The position numbers were made by a program, and so were the translations under genes. Below the pieces are notes generated by a model. That model searched no databases. It was given only the letters and a program-made list of their open reading frames with translations, and was not told the DNA's origin. Below are positions 11,937 through 25,700 of a DNA stretch of 64,000 nt, piece after piece. The first letter of the stretch is position 1, and each line of letters opens with the position of its first letter. Source of the DNA: Entomortierella parvispora E1425 (taxonomy: Eukaryota; Fungi; Mortierellomycota); the NCBI GenBank assembly GCA_020891255.1, contig BQFW01000012.1:2657977-2721976 (forward strand), written 5' to 3'.

Positions 11937-14290
11937 TTAATCCTTCTTTGGAGGCTCGTTGTCCACAGTTGGACCATCTTGGGGAGATCCCGAGGAGCTA
12001 GAACCTCCGCTGGAGGCATTCTTTTTGTAGACCATCTCAAAGAGCTTGAGACTGCCCTGCTGCAAGTCGGTTGTCTCCTTTTTGATATCCTCAGCAGAGA
12101 CACTCTCACCCTTCTGAAGAACGTCACGGAGTTTGGTAATCTGATCCTTGATCTTTGAAGCCTCTGTAGAGTCCAATTGGTCCTTGAATTCGTCCATGTG
12201 CTTCTCAGTCTCCGTGATGACCGACTCTGCCTGGTTGGTAGCCTCGATTTGCTCTCTCTTCTGACGATCAGCCTCGGCGAACTTTTCAGAATCGCGGATC
12301 ATGTTCTCGATCTCATCCTTGGAAAGACCTGACGAAGCCACAATGGACATGGATTGATCGCGACCGGTGGCCTTATCCTTGGCCCCGACGTTTACAATGC
12401 CATCAGCGTCAATGTCGAACGAGACCTCGATTTGAGGGACGCCCTTGGGTGCTGGTGGGAGTCCATGGAGGTTGAAGTCGCCCAATAGCTTGTTGTCCCG
12501 GACAAGCTCACGCTCACCCTGGAATACTCGAATCTGGACCTGAGTTTGTCCATCTGCGGCGGTGGAGAACACCTGTGATTTTTTGGTGGGGATAGTCGTA
12601 TTTCTGTTGATAAGGCGCGTGAAAACACCCCCGAGAGTCTCAATTCCAAGAGAGAGGGGTGTAACATCCAGTAGGAGAATGTCGGTAACAGAGCCCGCAA
12701 GAACACCACCTTGGATGGCGGCACCGATGGCAACGGCCTCGTCTGGGTTAACCGACTTGCCTGGCTCACGACCGAAGACTTGCTTGACAGTCTCAATGAC
12801 CTTGGGGACACGCGACATACCGCCGACCAAAACAACATCGTCGATATCCTTCAAACTGACCCCAGCATCCTTGATGGCCTTTTTGCAGGGTTCAATCGTG
12901 CGCTCGATCAGGTCCTTAGCGAGACTCTCGAACTTTGTGCGTGTAAGCTTAAAGTTGATGTGCTTGGGGCCAGTGGCGTCGGCGGTGATATAGGGGAGAT
13001 TGATGTCCGTCTGCACGGTGCTCGAAAGCTCAATCTTGGCCTTTTCAACTCCCTCACGGATACGCTGGATAGCCATTCGGTCCGTCGACAGATCAATGCC
13101 TTGGTCCTTTTTGAACTCCTCCATCACGTACTTGACCAGGAGTGCGTCGAAGTCTTCACCTCCAAGTGCTGTGTCACCGTTTGTCGACTTGACCTCAAAA
13201 ACACCGTTCTGAATCTCCAGAATTGAAATATCGAACGTTCCGCCTCCAAGATCGTACACTGCCACAGTTTTGTCCGCTGTCTTGTCTAGTCCGAATGCAA
13301 GTGCGGCAGCCGTAGGCTCGTTGATCACGCGCAGCACATCCAAGCCGGCAATTGTGCCAGCATCCTTGGTCGCTTGTCGTTGGGCGTCGTTGAAGTAGGC
13401 GGGGACTGTGATGACTGCATGTTTGACCTTCTTTCCAAGATAGCCGTCGGCGGTGTCCTTCATCTTGCCCAGGACAAAAGCGCTGATTTGTGAAGGCGAG
13501 TACTTTTTGCCACGGGCCTCCACCCAGGCATCGCCGTTATCGGCCTTGACAATCTTGTACGAGACAGTTTTGATATCGTGCTGGACAGCAGGGTCGGAAA
13601 ACTTGCGTCCGATGAGACGCTTTGTGGCATAGATGGTGTTTTCGGGATTGACAACGGCCTGGCGTTTGGCAGCTTGTCCGACAACCATCTCGCCCTCTTT
13701 GGTAAATGCAACGACAGACGGGGTGGTACGGGCACCTTCTGCGTTCTCAATCACGCGTGGGGCTTTTCCCTCCATGACACTGACGCAGGAGTTGGTGGTT
13801 CCTAGATCGATACCGATGACGGGACCTTGGATAGCGGCGGCAAACGTGCGCCGTTGCTGCAATGACAAAAAAGATCGAAAAAGAGAACGACAGGTCACGT
13901 TAATAGCTGCTTTTGGATCGCAGTCACAGCAACAATGAGACCCAGGAAATGCGCGCATTCGTCAGCCTGTGGTGTTGATGCATGCACCCAGCAGAAGGAA
14001 GGGGGCATTGTCAACAAACAACACTGAAAGGAAGGGTTGCATTGAGTTCTTTGTGGGTGAATGCAGGACATTGGAGTCATTGATTCCCACCCCCTCTAAA
14101 CGCGCCATGTATTTCAACAGCCGCTGATGTACATTCAACAGCAGACCAACTCCAGTGGATATTCTCAGAATGTCAAGGAAGGCAAGGATGCATTCTGTCA
14201 GTCTGCGTCTTCTTTCCAAAGTGCTTTGCTTACCAGAGTTGGTGTGGACATTCTCCAGCCACTTCTGGCCATGGTTGCGAGGCGATACAT
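11937..14290 (-). CDS. SSC1: Mitochondrial Hsp70 (DnaK-type), 2 exons
   Basis: Exon 1 [19 protein letters not shown] (14290-14234, presequence-like, GTAAGC donor); exon 2 from ~13857 with [33 protein letters not shown]. No cytosolic EEVD terminus. Confidence 0.97.
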
Positions 14291-14570
14291 CGTGGTGTAC
14301 TGGTGACGAAGGATCAAAGACGGGAAACAAAGGAAAGGACTGGAGAGTCGACGCGATTGTCTGCGTGGCAAGAGAGGCGGTGGTGCGTGAGGAGAAAGAG
14401 AACCGGATGAAACGAAAGAAATAGTGGGGTGGAGAAAGAAAACAAAGAGAACAGAGAAAGGAAGAGGATGCAAGAAGGGGGGTGCGTTCGATCGCGAGAA
14501 AAAAAAAAGAAAAAAAAAGAAAAAAAAGGAAAAATTTTATTTGATGTGTGGCACCTATTTTTTTTTGCCT

Positions 14571-16490
14571 TCAGGGTGCGCTCGACGACTCTGCCAGTTC
14601 ACCACTGAGAATCTCGTAACCATGCTCCGTTACCAGCACCACGTCCTCCAGGCGGATGCCATATCTAGTTTCATTGTGTAGAAGAGGGAGGGAAAAAGTT
14701 CAGCAACTTAAGTGGTGGGAATTCATTCATCACTCCGGTCACTTACTCTCCTTCAACATAGATGCCAGGTTCGTTCGTGAAGACCATTCCGGGCTTGAGT
14801 TCCGTATCAGTATTTCCAATGTTCAGGTAGGGCTCCTCATGGCCATCCATGCCAAGACCATGGCCGAGACGGTGCGTGAACTTTGCACCGTATCCTTCAT
14901 GACTGATCAACGAGCGCGCAGCCTTGTCGATCGAGCTGCAAGCAGCACCTGGATGAATCGCGTTCAAGGACGCGTTCTGAGCTTGCTTGACAATTCTCCA
15001 TACCTTGTCCAGCTCCTCATTCAGCTCCTTGCTTGGACCCTTGGAGACCCAGAAAGTACGCGTGATATCGGACAAGTATCCGTGCAAACGCGCACCAGTA
15101 TCGATCAACACCATCATACCCGTTTCCAGCTTAGTGTCATTACCGCTGCCGTGAGGCAGAGCTGCGTCTTTACCAAAAAGCACTAAACTGCCACCATCTT
15201 CATAGTCCAGTCCAGCCTCCTTGTACGCACGAGTCATTAACGTTTGAACCTCAGACTCGAGAATACCATCTCTGATCTCATTCTTCACCGCACGAATCAC
15301 TTTGACAGAGGTCTGGGATACACAGCGAAGAATCTCCACCTCGTGAGCTGTCTTTTGCATTCGCAAAAGAGCAATGGCTCGATTTGCAATCATTACTTTT
15401 CTTGTTGACGACTCCAAGGCAGTTGAGAGACCGTGGGAAACAAACTGGCGCATGTCTGGATCGATGTAGACGTGGTCAATATCCTTTGGCTTTTTGCCAT
15501 GACCTCCCAGGTCCTCTTCGGTACTGTCCTCATCCGGACCAGCCCAGGGGCTATCAAGCACCTCTTGCACAACCTTGTAGGCAGATCCACCTTCTTCCCA
15601 GGTCTTGATGGAGATGCTGGCTCCGGGCATTAAACCCTGGCGAGCACGCGATGCCTCAAAGGCGGGTGCAACCAAAGTGGCCTTTGTCAAGACTGCTTCA
15701 CAGTAAAGTAGAGTGGCGTTAATGGTTGATCCGTCCCGAAACTGAAGGAGTGCACGATAACTTCTATTTACCTTGATTAGTCTTGTCCCGTTTGGCCTGC
15801 ACGACAAGCAGGAAGGGGCGCTCTGACTGAGACCAATTGATGTTTGCAAAGTATTTCATGTTGGTGCCCGGCTCGGCAATATAAGCGGTTGCCTTGAGGT
15901 CTACAAGCAGACGCGAGAGGTTTGTCTGACGCTCCTCAAATTCAGCAAGACCGATGGGCTGGACATGATCGCAGGACCCTTTCAGGTGGCGGAAAGGTGC
16001 GCCGCCGCTGTGTCTACGTTGTAAAAAAGAGGGGATTCAATGACATATTCTGCTTTTCGCAACACAGAGAGTGAATCTCGTCCCAAAACCATTTTGATCC
16101 AGTCCAACGACGCGCATGATATTTTCTTAGCGTGCTTTTCCCTCCATCTCGTTTTTCTTACCCTCTGACCATGTCGAACAATGCAAGAAGAAGGAATGCG
16201 AGTAATGCTAACAAGATTGTAAAAAGGCCAAATCTCCAGCATCTTTGAACAGACTCTTGTCGTTGCTGCTGTTCAAATGAGCTTGGTCGTCGACCAAGGG
16301 CCGTAGGGATATGAGAACGCGCCTGCGCCTCTCCGCCGACTCCCCCTCCGACGCCATTCCCGATTCCGTTGGTGTTGTAGGCACCGTTACCGCTGCTGGC
16401 GTTACGACCATGACCATTCAAAAGAGGCTGGCGCTCGAGATCTGGAGTGCTTGGCAGCGGCACATTGTTGGCACCATTAAGTGCAGCCAT
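14571..16490 (-). CDS. M24-family Xaa-Pro amino/dipeptidase with N-terminal type II membrane anchor
   Basis: Metal-binding motifs IDTGARLHGYLSDITRTF, HRLGHGLGMDGHEEP, FTNEPGIY, and final exon YGIRLEDVVLVT (stop 14571). First exon has the TM segment RFGLFTILLALLAF. Confidence 0.9.
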
Positions 16491-16845
16491 TGTTGGCTAG
16501 CTAGACGATGGTGTTTGAGGGGAGGATGGTGCGAATGATAAAACAGTGATAATGGCCACAAGAGGGACAATGAGAAGAGAGAGAGAGAGAGAGAGCGTGA
16601 AGGAGGTGAAGAGAAGAGCGGACTGCGAACAAGAGGAATAAAAGTGCGATCCAACGGCTCTCACCGCAGCTTGGGCACTTTTTCTTTGGCGGTCACATAC
16701 CGTGCGGCGGATGGATGCAGACGTCGTGTCCTTTTGAGGAAGAGATCTGACATCCACCAGGCCTCTTTCATTTTTCAGTGCGTGCTCGAACAACCTGTGT
16801 TATTGTAATGTATAAAAAAGCTATATAATGGAGCTGCTCCGGTAC

Positions 16846-19015
16846 TCACACCTCAAACCTCGCCACCTTCCGCTTGCCTCCCTCCACATGGATATAGCTG
16901 TCGGTGCTTTCATATAGTTCCTCGTACGAAAAGTCGCGCTTGTAGTCCGACACCAGGACTCCTGTCCGCACAAAGAACCAGAGAAAAGCGCCAAGGTATG
17001 CGACCGCAAACAAAATAAGTGACCGCATGACGAAAACCTCTGAGAACATTGGCGGCGATTGACCCTCGCGTAAGGGGATCTCCTGGGAGTAACGGCTGGG
17101 ATTGTGGAAGAAGCCAAAGAAGAGGATCGATCCCCAGGTTACAGGCGCAATATAGTTTTGTAGTTGAGTGAAGTTGCGGATCAATCGTGCACTATGAAAG
17201 ACAGGATTGACACACGAAGCAATATGAACATGACGTCTAAGATTTGACAAGAAGGACATGAGCTCTAAGCAAACCTGAACATTTCCCATACCTTGTGCCC
17301 CAGGAGTTGTCGTAGAGCGTCAGCGCGGCAAATATCTTTGCTGGAACATATCCAAGCATGTACAGAAGACCATAAATAGTGGTAAAGAAGAACTTTTTGT
17401 CTCCTGTGACGCGCACTGCGTAAGCAGTCTTGAGGAGACCTACGAACGCGATTGACACCAACCACCAAGACATCTGGGATCCTGTGCCGAAGTAGATGCA
17501 GTTGACAAGATTATAGATCATCATCATTGGGTAGATCAATTGATAAAGAAGCGCGTAGGTCATCCATGGGCTGTGAAGGTGCATGCAGCCAAGCTGGATG
17601 GGAATCTCCCGAAAGAATGACTTTGACCACCGTGTTTGTTGTGTGACCCAGGCGATGAAGCGAATGGGAGTGTCGGTGTAGCAGATAGCGTAGTGCGTGA
17701 ACTTGACCTTATATCCCTCTCTCAAGACCAGGTTGGTGAGATGGCGGTCATCTCCGTAGGTGCAGAGAACACCCAGGAAAGACTGCTTCGCCCAGTTATC
17801 CATCACCTCTGCTACAATCGACATGCGATATATCCCGAGAGGTCCAGATACACAATTGACGACACTGTGGTAAGATTGAGCGCCACGCTCCAAGTTGAAG
17901 GCAAACCAATACCGGAGCGAAGAAAGAAAACTGACCCAGGTCCCAGTATTGTAGATCCTGACATCTCCTGTTGCCGCTCCTACGACAGGGGACTCCGATA
18001 GAGCAAAAGCAAGTTCTATAACACAATGGATCCACCCTTTGATTAGTCCATGGTGGTGCCTATTGAGAATGTCAACTGCTCTATTTTTTTTACCTTTGCA
18101 GACATGAGGGTCCAGATAGGTGTCGGAATCTGTCACCACAACCGACTCAATTCCTTGCTGAAGGAAAGCAGCAAACCCAGTGTACATGGCCGCGCGTTTG
18201 CCGCGGTGTGGCTGCATGACACAGACTGGGCCTGGGTGATAGGCAATCTCTCGAACGAGTTCTTCGCGCGCTTTGTCTTGGGCGGTACGGTCCATACACA
18301 AGAAATCAGGGCGAAAGACGACCGCACCTTGGGATCCAAACACCTTCTTGAAGATTTGAGCCATGTACTCGTCCTGGGCTTCGTTTCCATCAACGACAAG
18401 TAGAATTCTTTGGTTGCGCTGGTAGCGCATGGCATGCAAGCTCTTGAGACAACCTTCGAGGAGCACCGGATCCTCACGGTATCCAACGGCAAGGATACCC
18501 GTGGATAGACCAACCCAGTGTGGGTCGCGTCTCTTCACCCTTGTATTAACACGACGTCGATTGAGGGCACTAAAGCTCACAACGGCCATGAAGTCTACGG
18601 CCATCAGCATACCGTAGGTTACTGAAGTTTGCCAGGCGCCAGCAGATACTTGAACATGAAAGCAAGCCTTAAGAATAACGTAGGGGAGTAAGAAGATGAC
18701 CATTGTGAATGCAATCCAAGCCGCTTTCTTCCAGAGAGATACATGCGACGACTTCAAACCAAAGCTTTGTGCAGTAATAGCCTCGTTCTTGAATGATGCA
18801 AAGGAGGGGCCATGAAGGCTCTCTGAAACGGACGTATTAATGAGATTACTGTGTCGATCACTTTTAGAGTTGCTTTGGGGTTCGGGCGCGTGGGCCAATA
18901 TACTCTGGTCGATAGACAAACTTGCACCATTGTCTGGTGCAGGATCTTTTGGAAGAACATCCTCGTGCATCTCCGTCTCCTGCACAAATGTCTCCAACGG
19001 CGGTTGAGGAGGCAT
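16846..19015 (-). CDS. Class I hyaluronan synthase-like GT2 glycosyltransferase
   Basis: YREDP, VVDGN, GKRAAMY, TDSDT, SGPLGIYR, GDDRHLTN, QQTRWSKSFFRE and WGTSAR (after splicing) motifs, plus flanking TM helices. In-frame intron ~18016-18094 and second intron ~17199-17289. Confidence 0.88.
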
Positions 19016-19839
19016 TGTAGCTGCCTATTGGGCCTCGGCGTTTTCTTTGATCGGTCTACGAGGAGGAGGAGAAGGAGATGGCGGAATATAGATCCTCGAG
19101 ACGCAAGGAGTCGGGGGTCAAGTTAGATTTTAAAGGAGGTTGCACGTTGGAGTGGACCAGAGGGAGGAGGGCGGGAGAGTGAACGGCCAATAGGCTGAAC
19201 TAGATAATTGAAGAACAAAGGAGTTGACGAAACTTGACAAAATGAGAGAAGAGAGGAAGCGGAAACAATTCGCATTGAGTCTTGAGTAATGGGACAACAG
19301 CAATACCTTTTTTGAGAGAGAGACCTGTCAGATCTATGTCCAGGGTGAGCTGGGATGATCGATCGCAAAAAAAAAAAAAAAGAGACAACTCCAAGACGGC
19401 GATACCTGCACCGGTCGGAGATCCGGGTTCGCACCGGATCAGATTCCATGGGATGGTAAGGGTTTACTCTTATTCGTCTAAGGTTGTCCTGGCAGGGAAA
19501 CGTGCGTGTGGTCGCTTCGCGCTATGCTTTCACAACTGTCATGACAACTGATAGGAAGGGTTTAAACGGAAAGTTGAAGTACATTACTCGCCTGTGGCGA
19601 CCTTCCACAAAATCATAGTACTCATGATCCCCACGGAGACCATATTGGTTTCCAGCAGGAAAATAGAAAAGTCATCATCTCCAGCGAGATCTGCTTGGAT
19701 TGTACCAGCACCAAAAATAAATCGATTCCGTCCCACGATAGGACGTTACAAAACACCATACGTTCAGAGAGAAAAAACAGTTTGGGTGGGTTCACTCATC
19801 CGTTTTATTCAAAGCTAAGGAATGTTTCGACCAATTTTT

Positions 19840-21057
19840 TTAGAACTGGAGAGCGTGGGGAGCCTGGCCCTTGGAGAGAGAGAACTTGGCAGACAAGTAC
19901 TGGCGGAGGTGCTCGACCTTGTTGATAGCCTCAAGGATAACCTTGTCGGTGGACTTCTGGAGAGCGACCTTGTTCTCAGCAAGGGGCTCCTTCTTCTTCT
20001 CACCCTCGAAGAAAGCCTCCTCAGTGGCAGCCTTCTTGGCAGCCTTGGGGCGAGCGAAGTAGGCATCGTTCAACTGAGCATCGATCTATGTCACGGACGA
20101 TGAACCGGATCCACGATTAGTCTTATTTCTGTTGGTATATTGTGTTTCCATGTTTTCCTGCGACTGTCAATAATGTCCAATCAAGTAATAAAGTCCCTAT
20201 GCATCGCCATTCCCGACAAAAAAGACAGCCACTCAACCATTATCATAAAGTTAAAGAACATATCAAGACGCACCTTGGAGGCATCGAGCTCGACCTTGGT
20301 GGAGGTGGCAATGACGTAGGCCTGGTTGACACGCTTGAGGGGAACGCCGTTGACCTTGAAGGGGCCAGAGACGAGCAACAAACCAGACTCGAGCTGCTTC
20401 AAGAAGACAACGCGCTTGCCACGGTAGCGACCGGCCAAAAGGATAAGGACGGTTCCGGGGACGATGGAGCTACGGAGCTTGGCAACACCGGCGTGCTTGC
20501 GGTTCTTCTTGGGAACAGCAACATCCTCAGCAGCGTAGAAGCGGGGAGCCTTGGAGGCAGCAATGACGCGGGAACCTCCGTTCTTGGCGCCCTTAACCTC
20601 AACGGTCTTGTTGGCGACAGCGGGGGCAGCAGCAACAGAGCCGGCGGGCTTGCGCTTGTACAAGGCGCGCTTGGCAATGACCTGCGAACGGCTGTACTTG
20701 GACACACCGACGGCCAGGAAAGAGTTGCGAGGCTAAGTTCACAAATAAGCAACGATCCGTTATTTCTATATCCTTGATGAAAAGTGGATTGTCGACGCCG
20801 TTACATAAAGTTGCTCTGGTCCAGTCGCTCCTGAATCGAAAGAGTTGAAGCAAACAGTGCTGGTGTCCAGTACATTTTGGTTTCATTGGAAGGTTGCATC
20901 GCAATCTGATTTCTGGGTCCATGACGTTGTACTTGAAGCAACTTTCCACTAATCAATGACCAACTTGGATGTAATCGAGGTTCAAGGCTCCATCCTTTGT
21001 TCCTGATGCCCTCCTATGTCCTTCGTGATGTTGCTGTCGCATACCTTGTGAACCATT
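19840..21057 (-). CDS. RPL6: 60S ribosomal protein L6 (eL6), 3 exons
   Basis: MVHK micro-exon (ATG 21057, GTATGC donor), then [16 protein letters not shown]..., [53 protein letters not shown]; last exon ends PHALQF. Confidence 0.96.
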
Positions 21058-21648
21058 TCTGATATCTACGGGCGGCAGATTATGGTGGCAAGAAGGGAAT
21101 GGACACAGATCAGTACAGGCTCTGGTCAAATCAACAAGTCTGATGAGATGTTCTGTAAGTAAAGCCCTGTCAAGATTCCTGCATCGAATCCATTGTTCAA
21201 TCCGTGATGTCTAGGTCGAATGCCAAAGTCTGTCTGGACTTTCTTTTGTCACTTCCAGCATGGTAACTTTCATCTGCGATTTCCATGATGGCGAATGCAG
21301 ACGATGGGTCATAACAGACTGAAAAATGGTCGTTTTCCAAGACGGTGTCCAGTCAGCATTGGCGATAGATGGCTTGGCGGCTCCTGAAGGGACGGATGGA
21401 TGCCATGGATGGTGGATGGCGGATGTGTGGTCCAATAAATCTCTGTGGTCTCTGCCCGTGCAAAGCACTCCGCATACATTTGGAACGAAAAGAGAAGGAA
21501 ACAAGACTGCTGGTCAGAGAGCGACATAAAAAGGTCCACGCGCCCCGTAAGCACAAAAGTTCCACCGAAGTTGAAGCAATGGAACCGCGAGGAAGGAACT
21601 GATTCCTTCAACATCACTCCATCACATCGCTCCAAGAACCAACACATC

Positions 21649-22581
21649 ATGAGGTACAGCACTCTTCGCTTGCTCTGCTGGCTACTTCAGATCGCCTGAC
21701 AAGACCTACTGTTCAATGACTCCATGCGACTAACAATTGTTCTTTACTTTGCCACCCCCTGACGTCTCATAGCACTCTTACTCCCGAAGGTACCGTGTTC
21801 AGTGTGAATGGACGGCAACGCATTTTCATTTGTTCTTTGACTGGCAATGCTGACTTGTGTCCATCCTAAATAGTTATGTGGGCCCAAGACGCCAACAAGG
21901 TCTTTGTCACTGTCAACCTTTCTGACGCCACTCCCGAGATCGACTTGACTGAGAACAAGCTTGCCGTGAAGGCTTCGTCTGGTGGCAAGGACTACGCTGC
22001 TCAGTTGGAGTTTAACCAGGAGATCGACACAAAGGTACTGCGATGCAATGAATCCATGACCATAATTGTGCTTTCAAGCTAATAGGGGTTACAACTTGAC
22101 ATGAACTAGGCTTCAACAACCCACGCAACCGCCCGCAACATTTTCTTCACCTTGATCAAGGCCAAGGGTGACAACTGGTGGCCTCGCCTCACCAAGGGAC
22201 CTAAGCCCAACTTCCTCAAGACTGATTTCGCTCGCTGGAAGGATGAGGATGATGAGGATGATGAGCCAGAGCCTTCTGCCGGTATGGATATGGGCGGCAT
22301 GGGTGGTATGCCTGGTATGGGAGGTATGCCTGGTATGGGCGGTATGGGTGGAGCCGGTGGTTTCGACATCCAGAGCTTGATGGCCCAAATGGGCCAGGGC
22401 GGTCAGGGCATGCCCGACATGGGTGACTATGACGATGATGAGGAGGAGGTAAGCACAGGTGGTCCTACCCTTGTATCGTGATCAACACGATGCACCTTAC
22501 TAACCGCGTTTTCTCTGTGTCACTTAGGCCGATGAGGCAGATGATGTCCCTGCTTTGGAAGAAGCTGAACATCAGGTGTAA
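21649..22581 (+). CDS. SBA1: Hsp90 co-chaperone p23 (Sba1/Wos2)
   Basis: Spliced MSTLTPEVMWAQD (includes a 17-nt micro-exon 21773-21789); WWPRLTKGPKPNFLKTDFARWKDEDDED; GGM-rich tail; ends EEAEHQV at TAA 22579-22581. Confidence 0.93.
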
Positions 22582-22749
22582 AAACTGCAGACAAGAGCAG
22601 CCATGTACATGTACAATCTCAATAAAGTCGTTGATACATTTAAAATATCACATATGATCGTGCCGAGGGTGCCCTGGTCTCAACAAAATCACCCAAAACT
22701 TCGGATCACGTGACAAATTCGATCCCCGTGACGTAGATGCCCCCCGACC

Positions 22750-25700
22750 ATGCGGATACAGGAGGCAGGCATCCCAAAGTCAAGTGTTCCCTTCCCGTCT
22801 GCCACCATCAACCTCAGCATGCCGCACAACAATCCTCCAGCACCGCCCATGCCGCGGCTGAACGCCGAGGAAGCAGAATTTTGGCATGCAAAGGTCAAGT
22901 AAGTATTCATTTTGTTGATGAAGATATACATTGGCATGACTGAAGGTGATGCTGTTACTGATGCATCAATACCTTCTGTTAGAGCCATGCCCCCTAGTTC
23001 TCCAGATTTCAATTGCATTCTACCCGGATGCCCTAATTCATACCAAACAAAGCAGGGCTTGGAACGACACTTTACAGCAATCCATCTTCCAAAAGCTGAT
23101 GAGGGTCCGAAGCATACGCGATCAGCGGTGAGGCCAGCAACTGTTCAAGACGACGTGCCTGGGCGCCCACCTCGCAGTCCTGCAAAGCGACGCAGAGACT
23201 CGCGCTCACGTAGAGTCCGCACAGGCCGCAAGGGGCGGCCACCAGGATCTGGAATGAAAGCTCGACTGTTGAGTCTTGCGCAGCAGGATGCCAGTGGATC
23301 CCTGTCTGGTGAACATGAGTTTCATCACCTACAATACCCGGATCATCATACCAACCATTCTCTACTCGCCAGCCACCCTGCTTCTTCTCGTCATGACCAC
23401 GGAGAGGACGAACACAAACCAAGAGAAGAGCGTTCGTTCGTAGAGTTCTTTCCGTTCCTCAAAACATCAGTGCGACTGGATATCGTGGACATCAGACGCG
23501 CTGGGCTGCCTTTGACATTGCCTGGAAATATCTTAAAGCCATCAAAAGTTGCATCGGAACGGGATGAGTCAAGTCGTATGCGCTCTGGCTCTGGTATGAA
23601 GGTCGAGGAAATTGAGGAGGGGAGTCGTTTGTCAGCAACAGGGTCAGCACTGGATTCTGTTCAACCAATGATGGACGACCCACAGGCTCCCCAAAAGGCA
23701 TCTTCGAATCTTCTGGCGAGTACCGAACCGACTATTGAAACAGACACTACGACAGACATGGATATGGAGGTCATAGAGGATGGAGATGGCGAACCTTCAT
23801 CTGACCCAGATGTATTTTTTGACGCCAAAGGATTTATCGATGGCGACATGGACCACAGTCAAAGAGCAGCCGGTTCACAGGACGAGCAGGCGAGCAATCT
23901 GCCCAAAGCGCAAATCATGGATCCAAAGGGTGTTGCTGATGATGTGACTCCTATGGATGTTGATGAAACGACCACCGTCACTATTGAGCCGACTACCACC
24001 GTAAAGCCGACAGAACATAAGGATGGCGAGGCAGCTTCGGTGGCATCTCGGATCGAGCAGCCAGCTACCGTACGACCATCTATCGCTGACACATTGCCAT
24101 CCAACGGATCTGCCACGCACTCGTCATACCCGAACAATGTTAAGCAGACTCACTCTGCGCTAGGTACTTCACTGGAACCGAAGACGCCAATGTCGCTTTT
24201 GCCAAAATCTTCGTTTCGCCTCATTCCTCGAGAAGACGATGACCTGGAGGAGTACCATTTACCGACTGGTCACAACATTCGTTATATCGGTAATTCTACG
24301 TTGATGGGTGCGAATCAATATTGCGACTTTCCTATTGCGATCTCCATGCTAACAAACATTCATTCCCTGACAAAACAGAGCCCACCGAAACTGAACTGGC
24401 GGAGAGAGTGGAGTATGACATGGACGAGCAAGGTATGTGTACTTGACAGACCTGTATAGGCGCAATGAACAGTGGCTAAACATTTCTACGCTGGTAAATA
24501 TAATAGACGAACTTTGGCTTAAGGAACTCAATGCTGAGCGACGCAAGCAGGATTTGGGTGATGTCAGCTCTTCGATGTTTGAAAGGATTTTTGATCGCTT
24601 GGAGAAGGAATGGTTTGACCTCGTAAGTTGACACCGTACTGTGAATGGACGCTATTCAAGGCACAAACGATGGATTAACAGTTGTAATCTATGGCTTTAG
24701 ACAAAAAACATACCCAAGCCAACTGAGAATCTGCCTCCAGAGGATTCGGCGTGTAATATTTGCGACGACGGCGAGTGCGAAAACAGCAATGCGATTGTTT
24801 TTTGTGATGGCTGCAACCTTGCCGTTCATCAAGGTATGATAGTGAAGGTCTTCTGGGCCACGATTGGAACGTATGGACGATTGTTCTCATTATTAATTGT
24901 ACTAATTCATTTCTTCTTGACACTGTATAGATTGCTACGGTATCCCTTATATTCCAGAGGGTCAGTGGCTATGCCGGAAGTGCATGTTGTCGCCTCAGAT
25001 GCCTGTGTCGTGTATCTTTTGTCCAGGAGAAGGAGGAGCCTTCAAACAAACAACAAATAATCGATGGGCACATTTGCTCTGTGCAAGCTGGATCCCAGAG
25101 GTCGGCGTGGCCAACACGGTGTACATGGAACCCATCGACAACATCGACAAGATACCCGCCAGTCGCTGGAAGCTGACTTGTTACATTTGCAAACTCAGGA
25201 TGGGGGCCTGTATCCAATGCGAGACAAAGAACTGCTTCCGTGCTTTTCATGTCACCTGCGCAAGAAAGGCGCACCTGTACATGAAGTCGAAGCTGTCCAA
25301 GGTAGCCCACGCAGGAGGCGAGGTTCTCATTTATCGAGCTCACTGTCACAAGCACACACCAAGGGATCACAAGGCAGACTTGGATCTTGCGGGGGCAGCT
25401 GCCTTGTTTGCGAACAAAAATCTCAAGAAGAAAAGGAGAGCCAAAGCCCTTATTCTCGATGATGATAGCGATGACCCGGATTTCGACCAAAGTGAAACGG
25501 AAACCGGATCAAGTCGACGAAAGTCGAAGTCTGGAGGCGACAAGGCACCAAAAAATACCGTTACAACCCAGGCGCTTGGTGGATCTAGGACATCCAAGGC
25601 AGCCTTGGCCCATCAGAAGCACTATACTCCTGGTGCTCCTCTAGCACCTTCCTACATCGTCAATCGGTTGGTGCCGTTCGTAAGCAAGTTGGGCGTCAAG

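Noticed and set aside
11937-13958. Antisense and alternate-frame ORFs over SSC1 (likewise over HSP60, NTO1, HAS, EFB1, RPL6)
   Set aside because: Shadow ORFs caused by codon bias of highly expressed genes; no independent motifs.
14571-21057. Hyaluronan biosynthesis cluster around the HAS-like gene
   Set aside because: The neighbours are a peptidase and RPL6; no UDP-glucose dehydrogenase, pyrophosphorylase or GFAT is encoded in the window.
21060-21645. Small gene between RPL6 and SBA1
   Set aside because: Splice-like signals exist on both strands but yield only very short or motif-less peptides; best read as a bidirectional promoter/UTR region.
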